Assembly: GCA_038231155.1 (NCBI GenBank)
Contig: JBBRLY010000013.1
Coordinates: 196,305 to 260,304 of the forward strand
DNA: 64,000 nucleotides
Reading direction: 5' to 3'
DNA from: Candidatus Saccharimonadales bacterium
Lineage (GTDB): Bacteria > Patescibacteriota > Saccharimonadia > Saccharimonadales > JANWIN01
The translations under genes were made by a program, and so were the position numbers. How positions within the stretch are numbered: the first letter of the stretch is position 1; each line of letters begins with the position of its first letter. This document shows, piece by piece, positions 11,603-20,299 of the stretch. The notes under the pieces were generated by a model that did no database searches, was not told where the DNA came from, and worked only from the letters and a program-made list of their open reading frames with translations.

Positions 11603-12067
11603 GTGAAAAAGAAGCAATCCAACCAGCATAAGTTAATATCTAACAGACGAGCCAGGCATGATTACCAACTTGGTGATAGTTTTACTGTAGGTATTGTTCT
11701 TAGTGGTGCCGAAACTAAAGCATTAAGAATGGGTCACGGCCAACTTCGTGGTGCCTATATAACAATAATAAATGGTGAGCTATGGCTAATAAACGCTACT
11801 ATATCGCCCAGTTCTGGTATCCCAATATCAGAATCAGATCAAACGCGGACTCGTAAATTACTTGCTAAACATCGAGAGATTGAGTCAATGGAACAAGTTA
11901 AAAAGCAGGGAAATACAATTATACCATTAGAAATATTAACTAGTGGAAGGTATATAAAACTTCGAATTGCTACCGGAAGAGGCAAAAAAATGTATGACAA
12001 ACGCCAAATCTTGAAAGCGCGTGATGAACAACGAAGTATTACAAGAGTCCTTAAAAGTCGTAGATAA
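11603..12067 (+). CDS. smpB: SsrA-binding protein
   Basis: 154 aa with NRRARHDYQL, VLSGAETKALR and a basic C-terminal tail. GTG start. Confidence 0.92.
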   Translation: MKKKQSNQHKLISNRRARHDYQLGDSFTVGIVLSGAETKALRMGHGQLRGAYITIINGELWLINATISPSSGIPISESDQTRTRKLLAKHREIESMEQVKKQGNTIIPLEILTSGRYIKLRIATGRGKKMYDKRQILKARDEQRSITRVLKSRR

Positions 12068-12114
12068 GGTTTGCGACTCTTATACATCTTCGTATATAAT
12101 TCGGCAGTCACTAT

Positions 12115-12189
12115 TCCGGAGTAGCTCAATGGTAGAGCAGTGCCCTGTTAAGGCAATGGTTGCCGGTTCGAGTCCGGCCTCCGGAGCCA
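12115..12189 (+). tRNA. tRNA-Asn (GTT), CCA encoded
   Basis: Hand-folded. Acceptor TCCGGAG/CTCCGGA, D arm GCTC-AATGGTA-GAGC, anticodon loop CT-GTT-AA, T arm GCCGG-TTCGAGT-CCGGC, then G-CCA. Confidence 0.9.
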
Positions 12190-12208
12190 AATTAAGCTAT
12201 TGATAAAG

Positions 12209-12262
12209 TTCGAAGAGCGTTCACGACTGCGAGCCATATCGCTTATGCTTTTATGATAAAAT
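12209..12262 (+). repeat. junction repeat C: left module L2 + right module R2
   Basis: TTCGAAGAGCGTTCACGACTGCGAGCCA matches 14174-14201 at 23/28. It is followed by a TAT-CTTAT-GCTTT-TATG promoter-like block. Confidence 0.6.
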
Positions 12263-12268
12263 TTCGTC

Positions 12269-12565
12269 ATGCAAAGTCAGCATAGCAAAACGATACACAT
12301 GTCCGCACTCATATTTTTTATTGGTGCGCCGATATTATATATCATAGGCCTTACAAGTCTATTTCCTTTTAACGATTCGGTATATTCAATAGCTGTTAGT
12401 ACAGAATTGATATTATTTGCAATAGGCATAGTACTTTTTGGGATTGATCACTATAACAATAGTCATTCAATCATCAAAGCCATACTTACTACTGGCTTGT
12501 GGACAGCATTGATCTTAGTAATTACCTTTATAACTTTTTTAATAATAGGTTTTTCAGCCATATAA
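12269..12565 (+). CDS. small integral membrane protein
   Basis: 98 aa with three hydrophobic helices. A -10-like TAAAAT ends 6 nt before the ATG. Confidence 0.55.
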   Translation: MQSQHSKTIHMSALIFFIGAPILYIIGLTSLFPFNDSVYSIAVSTELILFAIGIVLFGIDHYNNSHSIIKAILTTGLWTALILVITFITFLIIGFSAI

Positions 12566-12592
12566 TCACTTTTCAAAAGCTCGAATTGCAAA

Positions 12593-12680
12593 GGTTCTAA
12601 CTTCCATCGCTACGGAGAGCCAAGGTTAGAACCAATATTTACAGAGGCAACGAGACTCTTTTGTCGCTTTGGGATATAAT
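12593..12680 (+). repeat. junction repeat A: left module L1 + right module R1 (contains a 9-bp inverted repeat)
   Basis: GGTTCTAACTTCCATCGCTACGGAGAGCCA matches 13094-13122 at 28/29. The following AGGTTAGAACCAATATTTACAGAGG... matches 14202-14250. GGTTCTAAC (12593-12601) is the inverse of GTTAGAACC (12625-12633). Confidence 0.65.
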
Positions 12681-12686
12681 TTTTGT

Positions 12687-13094
12687 ATGGCAAAAGATCT
12701 TATTGAAAATATAGTTCCGGAGGACTACAAGACCCGAGGTAGTTACACGCCAGCCAAAAAAATTGATATGGGTAAATTTTATCTCATATTTGTATCTGGT
12801 GTACAAGCTCCAAAAGATGACAATCACAAAGTGGTAACTGACGATGTCGAAGAACAAACCAAATTAGTGTTTGAAGATATTTCAAAGGTGCTGCGGCGGG
12901 CTGGTGCGAGTCTTGATGATGTAGTAAAAGCAATCATCTACATCACTGATATGAAAGATTTCGATCAGATTTCCAAAATTAGGGGTGAATACTTCAAGAA
13001 TGCAATGCCAGTTAGTACACTTGTTGAAGTCAACAGGATGACAAGAGTTGGTGCTAAAGTTGAGATTGAAGTAACTGCGGTTGTTGCAAAGTAG
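12687..13094 (+). CDS. ridA: RidA/YjgF/L-PSP family protein
   Basis: Family blocks FVSGVQA, EEQTKLVFEDISKVLRRAGASLDDVVKAIIYITDM and VEIEVTAVV. I moved the start to ATG 12687, which lies 6 nt after TATAAT at 12675-12680. Confidence 0.85.
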   Translation: MAKDLIENIVPEDYKTRGSYTPAKKIDMGKFYLIFVSGVQAPKDDNHKVVTDDVEEQTKLVFEDISKVLRRAGASLDDVVKAIIYITDMKDFDQISKIRGEYFKNAMPVSTLVEVNRMTRVGAKVEIEVTAVVAK

Positions 13095-13153
13095 TTCTAA
13101 CTTCCATCACTACGGAGAGCCATATTGACTTATTAGCTTTATTATGTTAATCT
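13094..13153 (+). repeat. junction repeat B: left module L1 + right module R2
   Basis: GTTCTAACTTCCATCACTACGGAGAGCCA, then TTGACT-N17-TAATCT. The L1 copy begins at the last base of the ridA stop codon. Confidence 0.6.
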
Positions 13154-13159
13154 AATTCA

Positions 13160-13654
13160 ATGGCCTTCCCAGTTGAAGATACTTATATCAGACCTTTGTT
13201 TTATGAAGCCTTAACTGGTGAATTTAAACCTCCATCTGATCCAGAAAAGCGAGTACACACGTTAGGTAAAATTACTATTGCTACATTTACAAAAGGTACC
13301 TTAATAAGGGGTTTTTCGGATGAATGGCACGTTGGGTATGAATATAATCTTTCTTGGGCACCTAAAGTACATTCAAGAGTTATCTGTCTAGAGGATATGG
13401 ACCATCTTAAAACAAATTTATCTCAACTAGTGCTAAACACTGAGTCAGAAGAGTTGACTTTTCAAGATGCTCTTAACAATAGTGAGTCAGAGAGCAGTGG
13501 GATTGTGATAGTTTCAAGTGGGAAAAGGATCGTGGAGCTTCCACTATGGCTTGGTCCTGAACTTGAAATAGCAAAAGAAGCAATTACCAACTCTGCACAA
13601 TCATTTTTCAATCGTCAAAGAGATTTACTCCATTATCAACGCGAACCCTCTTAA
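13160..13654 (+). CDS. hypothetical protein
   Basis: 164-aa ORF whose ATG lies 6 nt after the -10-like TAATCT. No recognisable motif. Confidence 0.55.
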   Translation: MAFPVEDTYIRPLFYEALTGEFKPPSDPEKRVHTLGKITIATFTKGTLIRGFSDEWHVGYEYNLSWAPKVHSRVICLEDMDHLKTNLSQLVLNTESEELTFQDALNNSESESSGIVIVSSGKRIVELPLWLGPELEIAKEAITNSAQSFFNRQRDLLHYQREPS

Positions 13655-13747
13655 AATTGTGGAGTAAGTCCACTGGGTGGGAGTACGAATTTATCTCTGT
13701 TAATTTTTTTACGCATACCAAATTTCGAACTTTGATATTATTTATAT

Positions 13748-14164
13748 ATGCTCAGGAGTTGGAATGGCAGGTCACAAAACCCAATCATTGATGCTTTAAG
13801 AAAGTTTGGTATTAAAACTGATAGTATCAACTTATTAAAATATGAGGGATTAACCCCGGACAGTTTTATCTGGTATTTCAATATTACAAATTCAAAGAAA
13901 TATTCTTCCTATTGCCTATATGCAGAAGACTATGTACCTTCACTTAAACACGTTGAAGTCGCCATGAAGCGGCACCTTCCCCTGTGGAATAATGATGACA
14001 AATATACCCTTGTCCCCGTACAAGAAGCTGAAAAATGGGATATGGCGAGCCCAGTCAAAGCGGCATCAACTTATAACCCTCCCAATAAAAAAGATGAGTT
14101 TATGAAATACGCTGCTAGTTCGGGCATAGATTTTGTCTTTCTGGGTAAATCTACAAAGAATTAA
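13748..14164 (+). CDS. hypothetical protein
   Basis: 138-aa ORF with no recognisable motif. Confidence 0.5.
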   Translation: MLRSWNGRSQNPIIDALRKFGIKTDSINLLKYEGLTPDSFIWYFNITNSKKYSSYCLYAEDYVPSLKHVEVAMKRHLPLWNNDDKYTLVPVQEAEKWDMASPVKAASTYNPPNKKDEFMKYAASSGIDFVFLGKSTKN

Positions 14165-14173
14165 TATTTTTAT

Positions 14174-14250
14174 TTCGCAGACCGTTCACGACTATGAGTC
14201 AAGCTTAGAACCAAAATTTTCAGAGGTAAAGTATCTTTTTTTGCTATAAT
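14174..14250 (+). repeat. junction repeat D: left module L2 + right module R1
   Basis: TTCGCAGACCGTTCACGACTATGAGTCA, then AGCTTAGAACCAAAATTTTCAGAGG...TTGCTATAAT. Confidence 0.6.
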
Positions 14251-14279
14251 TTAGTATTGAATTATAGAGGAAGAACGAT

Positions 14280-14822
14280 ATGTCAGTAATAAGTTTTAAA
14301 ACTGAACTATTCAAGATCAGCTCGTGGACTATTCTGGAGCTACCTAAAAGCGCAAGTGCGAAACTTCCATCTCGAGGCATTGCAATGGTAAGAGGAACCA
14401 TCAATGGTTTTCACTTTCAAACCGCGCTTGAACCGGACGGCAAGGGAAGTCACTGGTTCAATCTCGACAAAACTATGCGCAAAGCATTTAGAGCTAACGC
14501 AGGTGATACGGTTATCCTGAAGATTGAGTCAACAAGAGAATGGCCTGAGCCTAAAGTGCCAGAAGATATAATGAACACTATTGCATCCGATAAGAAGGCG
14601 CACACCCTATGGATGGATATCACACCAATGGCTCGTTGGGAATGGATCCGTTGGATACGAGCAACCAATCGATTGGAAACACGTAAGCGTCGAATAGAAG
14701 TGGCGCGCTCAAAGCTTAAGGCTGGAAGCCGAAGACCGTGTTGTTTTAACAGTAACATGTGCACTGAGCCCTCCGTATCTAAAAATGGAGTACTACTTGA
14801 GCCGACACTATCAAAGGCCTAA
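14280..14822 (+). CDS. DUF1905 + YdeI/OmpD-associated family protein
   Basis: The N-terminal block WTILELPKSASAKLPSRGIAMVRGTINGFHFQTALEPDGKGSHW is DUF1905-like. The C-terminal block WEWIRWIRATNRLETRKRRIEVARSKL is YdeI-like. Confidence 0.72.
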   Translation: MSVISFKTELFKISSWTILELPKSASAKLPSRGIAMVRGTINGFHFQTALEPDGKGSHWFNLDKTMRKAFRANAGDTVILKIESTREWPEPKVPEDIMNTIASDKKAHTLWMDITPMARWEWIRWIRATNRLETRKRRIEVARSKLKAGSRRPCCFNSNMCTEPSVSKNGVLLEPTLSKA

Positions 14823-14975
14823 AAACGTATGTAGTGTTTGTGAAAATTCTTGAAACATATTTATAGGTGATGCTGAAGAAATGATGTAATAAATTTACAA
14901 TTACATATTAATGATAGTCCAATCATATTATGCTTATTTAGATATAGCCCTTTGTGCTAAGGTTAAGCTAGCAAG

Positions 14976-15548
14976 ATGTATGATACTGACTACTACAAAC
15001 AGATAAATGAAGAAGAGGCTGAACAAGCTGGACGCTTAGCTGATTTATTAATCTGGATTTACAAACCTAAATCAGTTATAGATATCGGTAGTGCTACAGG
15101 ATTATACTTAAGGCCGTTTGCCGATAAAGGTATTACCGTCACTGGAATTGATAATTCAAAGTCAGTAATTGCTAAAGAGGTTGTTCAAATACCACGAAAA
15201 TTCATTAAGCTCGTCGATATTACAAAACAACCGATTGGCAAGTCAGCTGATTTGGCACTTTGTATTGAGGTACTTGAGCACATTGATGCAATAAACACGG
15301 TCAAAGCCATCCATCATATTGCCGAAACTTCAGACATAATATTTTTTACGGCTGCTCAACCGGGTCAGGGTGGTTTAGGACACGTAAACTGCCAGCCAAA
15401 GGAATATTGGGAAGCTCACTTTCGAAATGAAGGTTTCCTGCGTAACTACCAAGACGAAGAATACATCCGTATAGTCATGAACTCCGGCTACCATATGGGT
15501 TGGTTAATAAATAACCTGATGGTTTTTAAGAGAAATTCAACAAATTAG
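14976..15548 (+). CDS. class I SAM-dependent methyltransferase
   Basis: 190 aa with motif I VIDIGSATGLY, an acidic post-I GIDNS and motif II/III ADLALCIEVLEH. Confidence 0.8.
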   Translation: MYDTDYYKQINEEEAEQAGRLADLLIWIYKPKSVIDIGSATGLYLRPFADKGITVTGIDNSKSVIAKEVVQIPRKFIKLVDITKQPIGKSADLALCIEVLEHIDAINTVKAIHHIAETSDIIFFTAAQPGQGGLGHVNCQPKEYWEAHFRNEGFLRNYQDEEYIRIVMNSGYHMGWLINNLMVFKRNSTN

Positions 15549-15630
15549 TTTGAGTTTTCATCTTTTTATAAAAGACGCAAGGGGTCTTCAGCTTTAAACA
15601 GCTCGGAGGCTCTTTTGCTATGATGTACAT

Positions 15631-16860
15631 ATGAAATCGTCAAACTGGCGAAAATCAACATCAAGTATCTCGCGAATATCAGTCATTTCTATATTGGCTT
15701 TTGGTGCTGTTTTTGCAATTTTGCAGGTTCGAAACTTAAATAATAGTAAGGCAGCTACATCCTTATGCTACGGTCACCCTGGTACGCAGACTGTAGTCGC
15801 CCCGACTAGTGTGATACCTGGCCAAAGGTTTAAGCTTACCAATATTAGCGGAACCGGCAATACCGATATTGCTACTGTAAATGAAGTCAGTAATACTTGG
15901 ACAATAAGTGGGGCATCACCGACTTCTGTAAACGAAAAATGGGCCGGTGGGCCGGTCCATGGTGATTTCATTACGACGTTTAACGATATAAGTCTCACAG
16001 CAAATGGACCGGTTGGTAGCCAAATCGATGTTAACTTAATATCGATTACTGCACAAACACTCGTAAGTGGAGTAAGCGTTAATGTCGTATGTTCAGTTGC
16101 GAATGGGCAACTACTTGCAAATAACCCTGGTGAATCATTAAGACTGGCGACAATTAATATAGTTGCACCGCCGCCAAGTCCTAAACCAACGCCAACGCAA
16201 TCATCTACGCACTCAGCTCCGACTACTTCACCAAGTTCTAGCCCTTCGAGTAGCCCTAATAACACCACCAGCAATCAGTCTATTACTCAGAACACTTCTA
16301 CGGCGGCACTAGCTAACCAACAAATTACTATAACCGTACAAGATCACAGTGGTAAGCCAATTCAAGGAGCTCAAGTTGTGCTCGATTCACAGCCAAAAGC
16401 TAACACCGACAGTGCAGGTAAAGTTAGCTACAAAAATGTAAGTATAGGTAGTCATAACATAAGTGTGACAGCCGAAGGGCATACCATAACGCGTGAGGTC
16501 CAAGTTACGGCGCAACCGAATGGTAATGTACTTGGCTTGCAAGTCCAATTACCGGGACCAAAACAGGCTGCCAAGAAGTCAATAATTGGCATAATAGCTG
16601 GGTTGTTAGTGTTAGGCTTATTAATCATTTGGTTGATCAGACGAAGTAGGGCAAAGAAACAACTTGCTCCACCAACATTATCCACACCACTCGTTATATC
16701 ATCCCCAGTAGACCCGGGTACTTCATCTGCAGGCCAGATAATTATTCCGACGCCGGCAAGCCCTCCAACAGATACAGTTGCACCGACTATGCCGTCCAAT
16801 CCACCAAAAACCACTAATATTGAACAACCTAACCATCAGGGACCAAGCACACCTGTGTAA
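15631..16860 (+). CDS. secreted, C-terminally membrane-anchored surface protein
   Basis: 409 aa with a signal anchor, a Pro/Ser/Thr linker (PPPSPKPTPTQSSTHSAPTTSPSSSPSSSP), a CarboxypepD_reg-like beta-sandwich (ITITVQDHSGKPIQGAQVVLD...GSHNISVTAEGH), a TM helix and a Pro-rich tail. Confidence 0.7.
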   Translation: MKSSNWRKSTSSISRISVISILAFGAVFAILQVRNLNNSKAATSLCYGHPGTQTVVAPTSVIPGQRFKLTNISGTGNTDIATVNEVSNTWTISGASPTSVNEKWAGGPVHGDFITTFNDISLTANGPVGSQIDVNLISITAQTLVSGVSVNVVCSVANGQLLANNPGESLRLATINIVAPPPSPKPTPTQSSTHSAPTTSPSSSPSSSPNNTTSNQSITQNTSTAALANQQITITVQDHSGKPIQGAQVVLDSQPKANTDSAGKVSYKNVSIGSHNISVTAEGHTITREVQVTAQPNGNVLGLQVQLPGPKQAAKKSIIGIIAGLLVLGLLIIWLIRRSRAKKQLAPPTLSTPLVISSPVDPGTSSAGQIIIPTPASPPTDTVAPTMPSNPPKTTNIEQPNHQGPSTPV

Positions 16861-16911
16861 ACGTTTGCAATAATGCTATAGTTTAAGCAAAAGAGGAATC
16901 AACTTACAGAT

Positions 16912-19137
16912 ATGTTTGCCCTGATTGGTCTTCTGATTATCTTATTATGCTACTTGGCATTGGGCTTGATAGTTTTGCTTAAAAACCGACGTAATTTTAC
17001 AAATATTTCTTTTGCTATTTTTACTTTTATTATGGCTCTATGGGTTGCCAGCGGTTTTTATAGCCATAACGCTTTATTGAGCCATTTAAGTTACCGACTA
17101 TCACTTGATATTAACCGAACTATGCTCGCGTTGTTAGGAATAGGTCTGTACTTTTTATTTTTATTTTGTTTGGAATTTAGTCGTATAGCTCATCGCTACT
17201 TTAGACAAATAGCAATAATAGCTGGACTTATTATCTTAGGGGCATCTAGTCTTTGTTTTACACCGCAGGTCGTAGCCGGTATCGCTCCAAGTTTTCTGAC
17301 TGTAGTGCTTAAGTTTGGACCTTTGATATGGGTTTACTTGATCTCAGTTATTAGCTTATCGGCAGCAATCATTGTAGTTTTGGCGCTGTCTATATTTAAG
17401 TTGCATGGGCCGGCCCAGAATCGGGCTAAGATAATGACAATTAGTTTATTACTATCTTTATCGGCAATCGTAACCGCTAATCTGATACTACCGATCGTCT
17501 TTAAGAATTATTCATTCATATTAGGCGGACTGTTGGCATCATCAATAATGGTGGTTGGTTTCACCTATGCCATTGTTCGACATGGACTATTTTTTATTCG
17601 TATCATCGTAACTAGGTCAATTGCTTACTTAATGGTATTAGTAGCACTGGGTGCAAGTTATGCCTTTATTAGTATCAAAATCGGGGGGGCACTTTTTAAA
17701 AACTCTCGGATATCGACATTGCAGCAAATCTTTGGTGTTTTTGCGACACTGGTGCTGGCACTAACGTTCCAGCCACTAAAGCATTTATTTGAAAAAATAA
17801 CGGATAAGATTTTCTACCGCCACAACTACGACTCCCAAAAATTGATTAACGATGTTAGCCATATTTTGGCATCAGAAATTGGTCTGGTTGAACTTAGCCA
17901 TAAAGTCAGACAAACACTAGTGCAAAACATTCGCGCTAGGCAAGTCAATATTGTGGTACTTGATGACAATAAACTATTTGTCGAATCTGGTCAGTACCAA
18001 GTCAGCCGATTAGAGGGGTTAGTCCATGACTTAGGTAGGGTGCAAGGTGATCTACTTGTTACCGAAGAGCAACCTGAAGGTCAGCAACTGGAAATTTTGC
18101 ATAAATACGGTATTAGCGTAATGGCGGTGTTACGCACTCAGGATGAGAAGATAGGTTATTTACTATTTGGTGAAAAACTTAATGGCGACATCTATACGGG
18201 TACTGATATACGCGTCATTACAACTATCGCCGACGAACTTGCCTTAGCTATTCAAAATGCTAGGGCTTACGTTCAAATCCAACAATTTAACCAAACACTT
18301 CAAGCTAAAGTAAATGACGCTACTAAACAACTTCGCCAGGCCAATAATACTCTGCAGCAATTAGATCAAGTAAAAGACGAATTTATATCAATCGCCTCAC
18401 ATCAACTACGGACACCGCTGACTATTGTTGACGGTTACTTAGCCAATATATTAGAAGGTATATACGGATCATACAACGATCGGCAAAAACAGACCTTTAA
18501 ACTGATACAAAATCGCGTACGGCTGACTGGCAGCTTAGTCACTGATATGTTAGACCTAAGTCGGATGGAAGCAGGACGATTTTTTATAGACAACGAACCA
18601 GTAGATTTGGGCAAAATCGTACCTGAGGAAATCGAGCTACTTAAATTGAAGGCCAAAGATCACGAGACAAATTTAATATATTCAACCCCTCCAATTGCTA
18701 TACCGATTTTAAACATCGACGAGCAAAAAACCCGTCAGGTAATTATGAATTTAATAGATAATGCAATTACCTATACACCTAAAGGCACAGTCACTGTTAG
18801 TCTTGAAACAGTTGGCAATCAAGTAATGTTTAAGGTTATAGATAATGGCATTGGTGTACCAGACCAGGATCAAGCCAGGCTGTTTAATAAATTTTTTCGG
18901 GCCGCAAATGCCAAACGCTTACGCCCAGATGGTACAGGAATTGGACTTTATTTAGTAAAACGTATTATAGAACAACAAGCTGGTACTATTATCTTTAACA
19001 GTAAGATCGGTGGTGGTTCAACCTTTGGATTTCGTATACCAGTTTTAGCTGAAACGCTTAGCCAAGAAAAGCCCCTGCCACAACCAACCGTTGAATCTAA
19101 TCCCAATGCTCAACATATTGAAATAAATAAACATTAG
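16912..19137 (+). CDS. sensor histidine kinase (multi-TM sensor, GAF-like, HisKA, HATPase_c)
   Basis: 741 aa with about 8 N-terminal TM helices, H-box SIASHQLRTPLT, N-box NLIDNAITYT, G1 DNGIGV and G2 GTGIGL. No response regulator is adjacent. Confidence 0.88.
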   Translation: MFALIGLLIILLCYLALGLIVLLKNRRNFTNISFAIFTFIMALWVASGFYSHNALLSHLSYRLSLDINRTMLALLGIGLYFLFLFCLEFSRIAHRYFRQIAIIAGLIILGASSLCFTPQVVAGIAPSFLTVVLKFGPLIWVYLISVISLSAAIIVVLALSIFKLHGPAQNRAKIMTISLLLSLSAIVTANLILPIVFKNYSFILGGLLASSIMVVGFTYAIVRHGLFFIRIIVTRSIAYLMVLVALGASYAFISIKIGGALFKNSRISTLQQIFGVFATLVLALTFQPLKHLFEKITDKIFYRHNYDSQKLINDVSHILASEIGLVELSHKVRQTLVQNIRARQVNIVVLDDNKLFVESGQYQVSRLEGLVHDLGRVQGDLLVTEEQPEGQQLEILHKYGISVMAVLRTQDEKIGYLLFGEKLNGDIYTGTDIRVITTIADELALAIQNARAYVQIQQFNQTLQAKVNDATKQLRQANNTLQQLDQVKDEFISIASHQLRTPLTIVDGYLANILEGIYGSYNDRQKQTFKLIQNRVRLTGSLVTDMLDLSRMEAGRFFIDNEPVDLGKIVPEEIELLKLKAKDHETNLIYSTPPIAIPILNIDEQKTRQVIMNLIDNAITYTPKGTVTVSLETVGNQVMFKVIDNGIGVPDQDQARLFNKFFRAANAKRLRPDGTGIGLYLVKRIIEQQAGTIIFNSKIGGGSTFGFRIPVLAETLSQEKPLPQPTVESNPNAQHIEINKH

Positions 19138-19314
19138 TGACATTTCTCACATAATATTATACTGTGGTTTTATATACTTATGCTTAGTAGGTCGTGACTT
19201 TGATACATTATGGAAGGGAATGTACCCAAAACTCTCGGATGCGGATCACTAAGGTAGGTATTAAAAATAGATAGCATTTATTAAGGTAGTAAATTTTAAA
19301 TTGGAGGGTATTTC

Positions 19315-20241
19315 ATGATAAAAATGGCAAAACGGTTAATTATAGTAAGCTCGTCTTTAGCAACAGTGGGATGTTTGAGTTTGAGTGGTATTGCATCAGC
19401 AACAAGTATTAATAATACGGGTCCTGGCTCATTTAATTTAATTAGCAGCAGTAATAATAACCGGTTTAGTTTTTCGGGAAGTTTCGTTACCGAACGTAAT
19501 GATCGTAGGCAAGACAACGATCGAGAACATGAGTCTAGACTCATTTCAAAAAACGATGATCGAGATTTCAGAAACGTTAAATTTGTAAGGTCAATTAGTT
19601 GTGATCCGATGATTTGGCATCAAAATGTTAAAAGCCAAGGATTTATGGATTGGTGGATGAAACACTGTAGTGCCAATATTCACTGCAATATAGATGCAAT
19701 TGCCAGAGGTAATGATGTGCCCCGGGTAAGCTTTACAGCTCACGCTACCATAAGTGATACTGGCCCAGATTCAACTAATATAATTCGGGCAGGTTCTGGG
19801 AATAGCTTTCGTAGCACAAATAACAATAATGTGAGCCTAATCAACAGAAGTAGTCAATCTGCTCGCAGCGGTAACGCTACAGTTAGTGACAATACTTTTG
19901 GTGGATCAGCAGTATCCGGTAATGCTAGCAACAACAATAGTACTTCTACTAACGTTCAGATTTCAAATCCTAGCAATAGTCTCGATAATAATAGAAGCTT
20001 TGGTAATGACAATGGCTCTATTAACAATACCGGACCAGATTCTAGGAATGAAGTTCATTCATTTTCGCGAGACGGTAGCTCGATGACAAACAATAACCGC
20101 GTAAATGTTTCAAATAGCAACTTCCAAATGGCAAGTAGTGGAAGTGCAAGAGTAAGCCACAACACTTTTGGTGGAGACGCTGTAAGTGGTTCAGCTTCAA
20201 ATTGGAATTCAACATCAACAAATGTTGATATTTCCAATTAA
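19315..20241 (+). CDS. secreted Asn/Ser-rich repeat protein
   Basis: 308 aa with a signal peptide. Two roughly 73-aa repeats lie at nt 19750-19968 and 20020-20238: I(S/N)(D/N)TGPDS.N ... Q.A.SG.A.VS.NTFGG.AVSG.ASN.NSTSTNV.ISN. A partial third copy is near the N-terminus. Confidence 0.7.
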   Translation: MIKMAKRLIIVSSSLATVGCLSLSGIASATSINNTGPGSFNLISSSNNNRFSFSGSFVTERNDRRQDNDREHESRLISKNDDRDFRNVKFVRSISCDPMIWHQNVKSQGFMDWWMKHCSANIHCNIDAIARGNDVPRVSFTAHATISDTGPDSTNIIRAGSGNSFRSTNNNNVSLINRSSQSARSGNATVSDNTFGGSAVSGNASNNNSTSTNVQISNPSNSLDNNRSFGNDNGSINNTGPDSRNEVHSFSRDGSSMTNNNRVNVSNSNFQMASSGSARVSHNTFGGDAVSGSASNWNSTSTNVDISN

Positions 20242-20272
20242 TCAACACAAAAAGTAATCCTTAAATTAAGAT

Positions 20273-20299
20273 AAGAGAGAGCCGATGCTCTCTCTTTTT
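20273..20299. terminator. bidirectional terminator between convergent genes
   Basis: Stem AAGAGAGAGC / GCTCTCTCTT with loop CGAT, followed by a T-run. It overlaps the sortase stop codon. Confidence 0.6.

Noticed and set aside
12021-12203. A 60-aa ORF overlapping the smpB 3' end and tRNA-Asn.
   Set aside because: It is read through the tRNA gene, and the tRNA fold is far better supported.
12593-12633. An integron attC site. GGTTCTAAC ... GTTAGAACC resembles the inverse-core RYYYAAC and core GTTRRRY.
   Set aside because: Only this one junction forms the hairpin and it is just 41 bp. The core matches are imperfect, and no intI-type recombinase or attI is in the window. It is kept only as part of the mosaic-junction finding.
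12209-14201. The L1/L2 modules as duplicated tRNA 3' ends (classical att sites of tRNA-integrating islands), because they end in GAGCCA like tRNA-Asn.
   Set aside because: Apart from GTTC...GAGCCA they do not align with the tRNA-Asn T arm or acceptor, and they cannot be folded into a T arm. The resemblance may be coincidental, and no integrase is seen.
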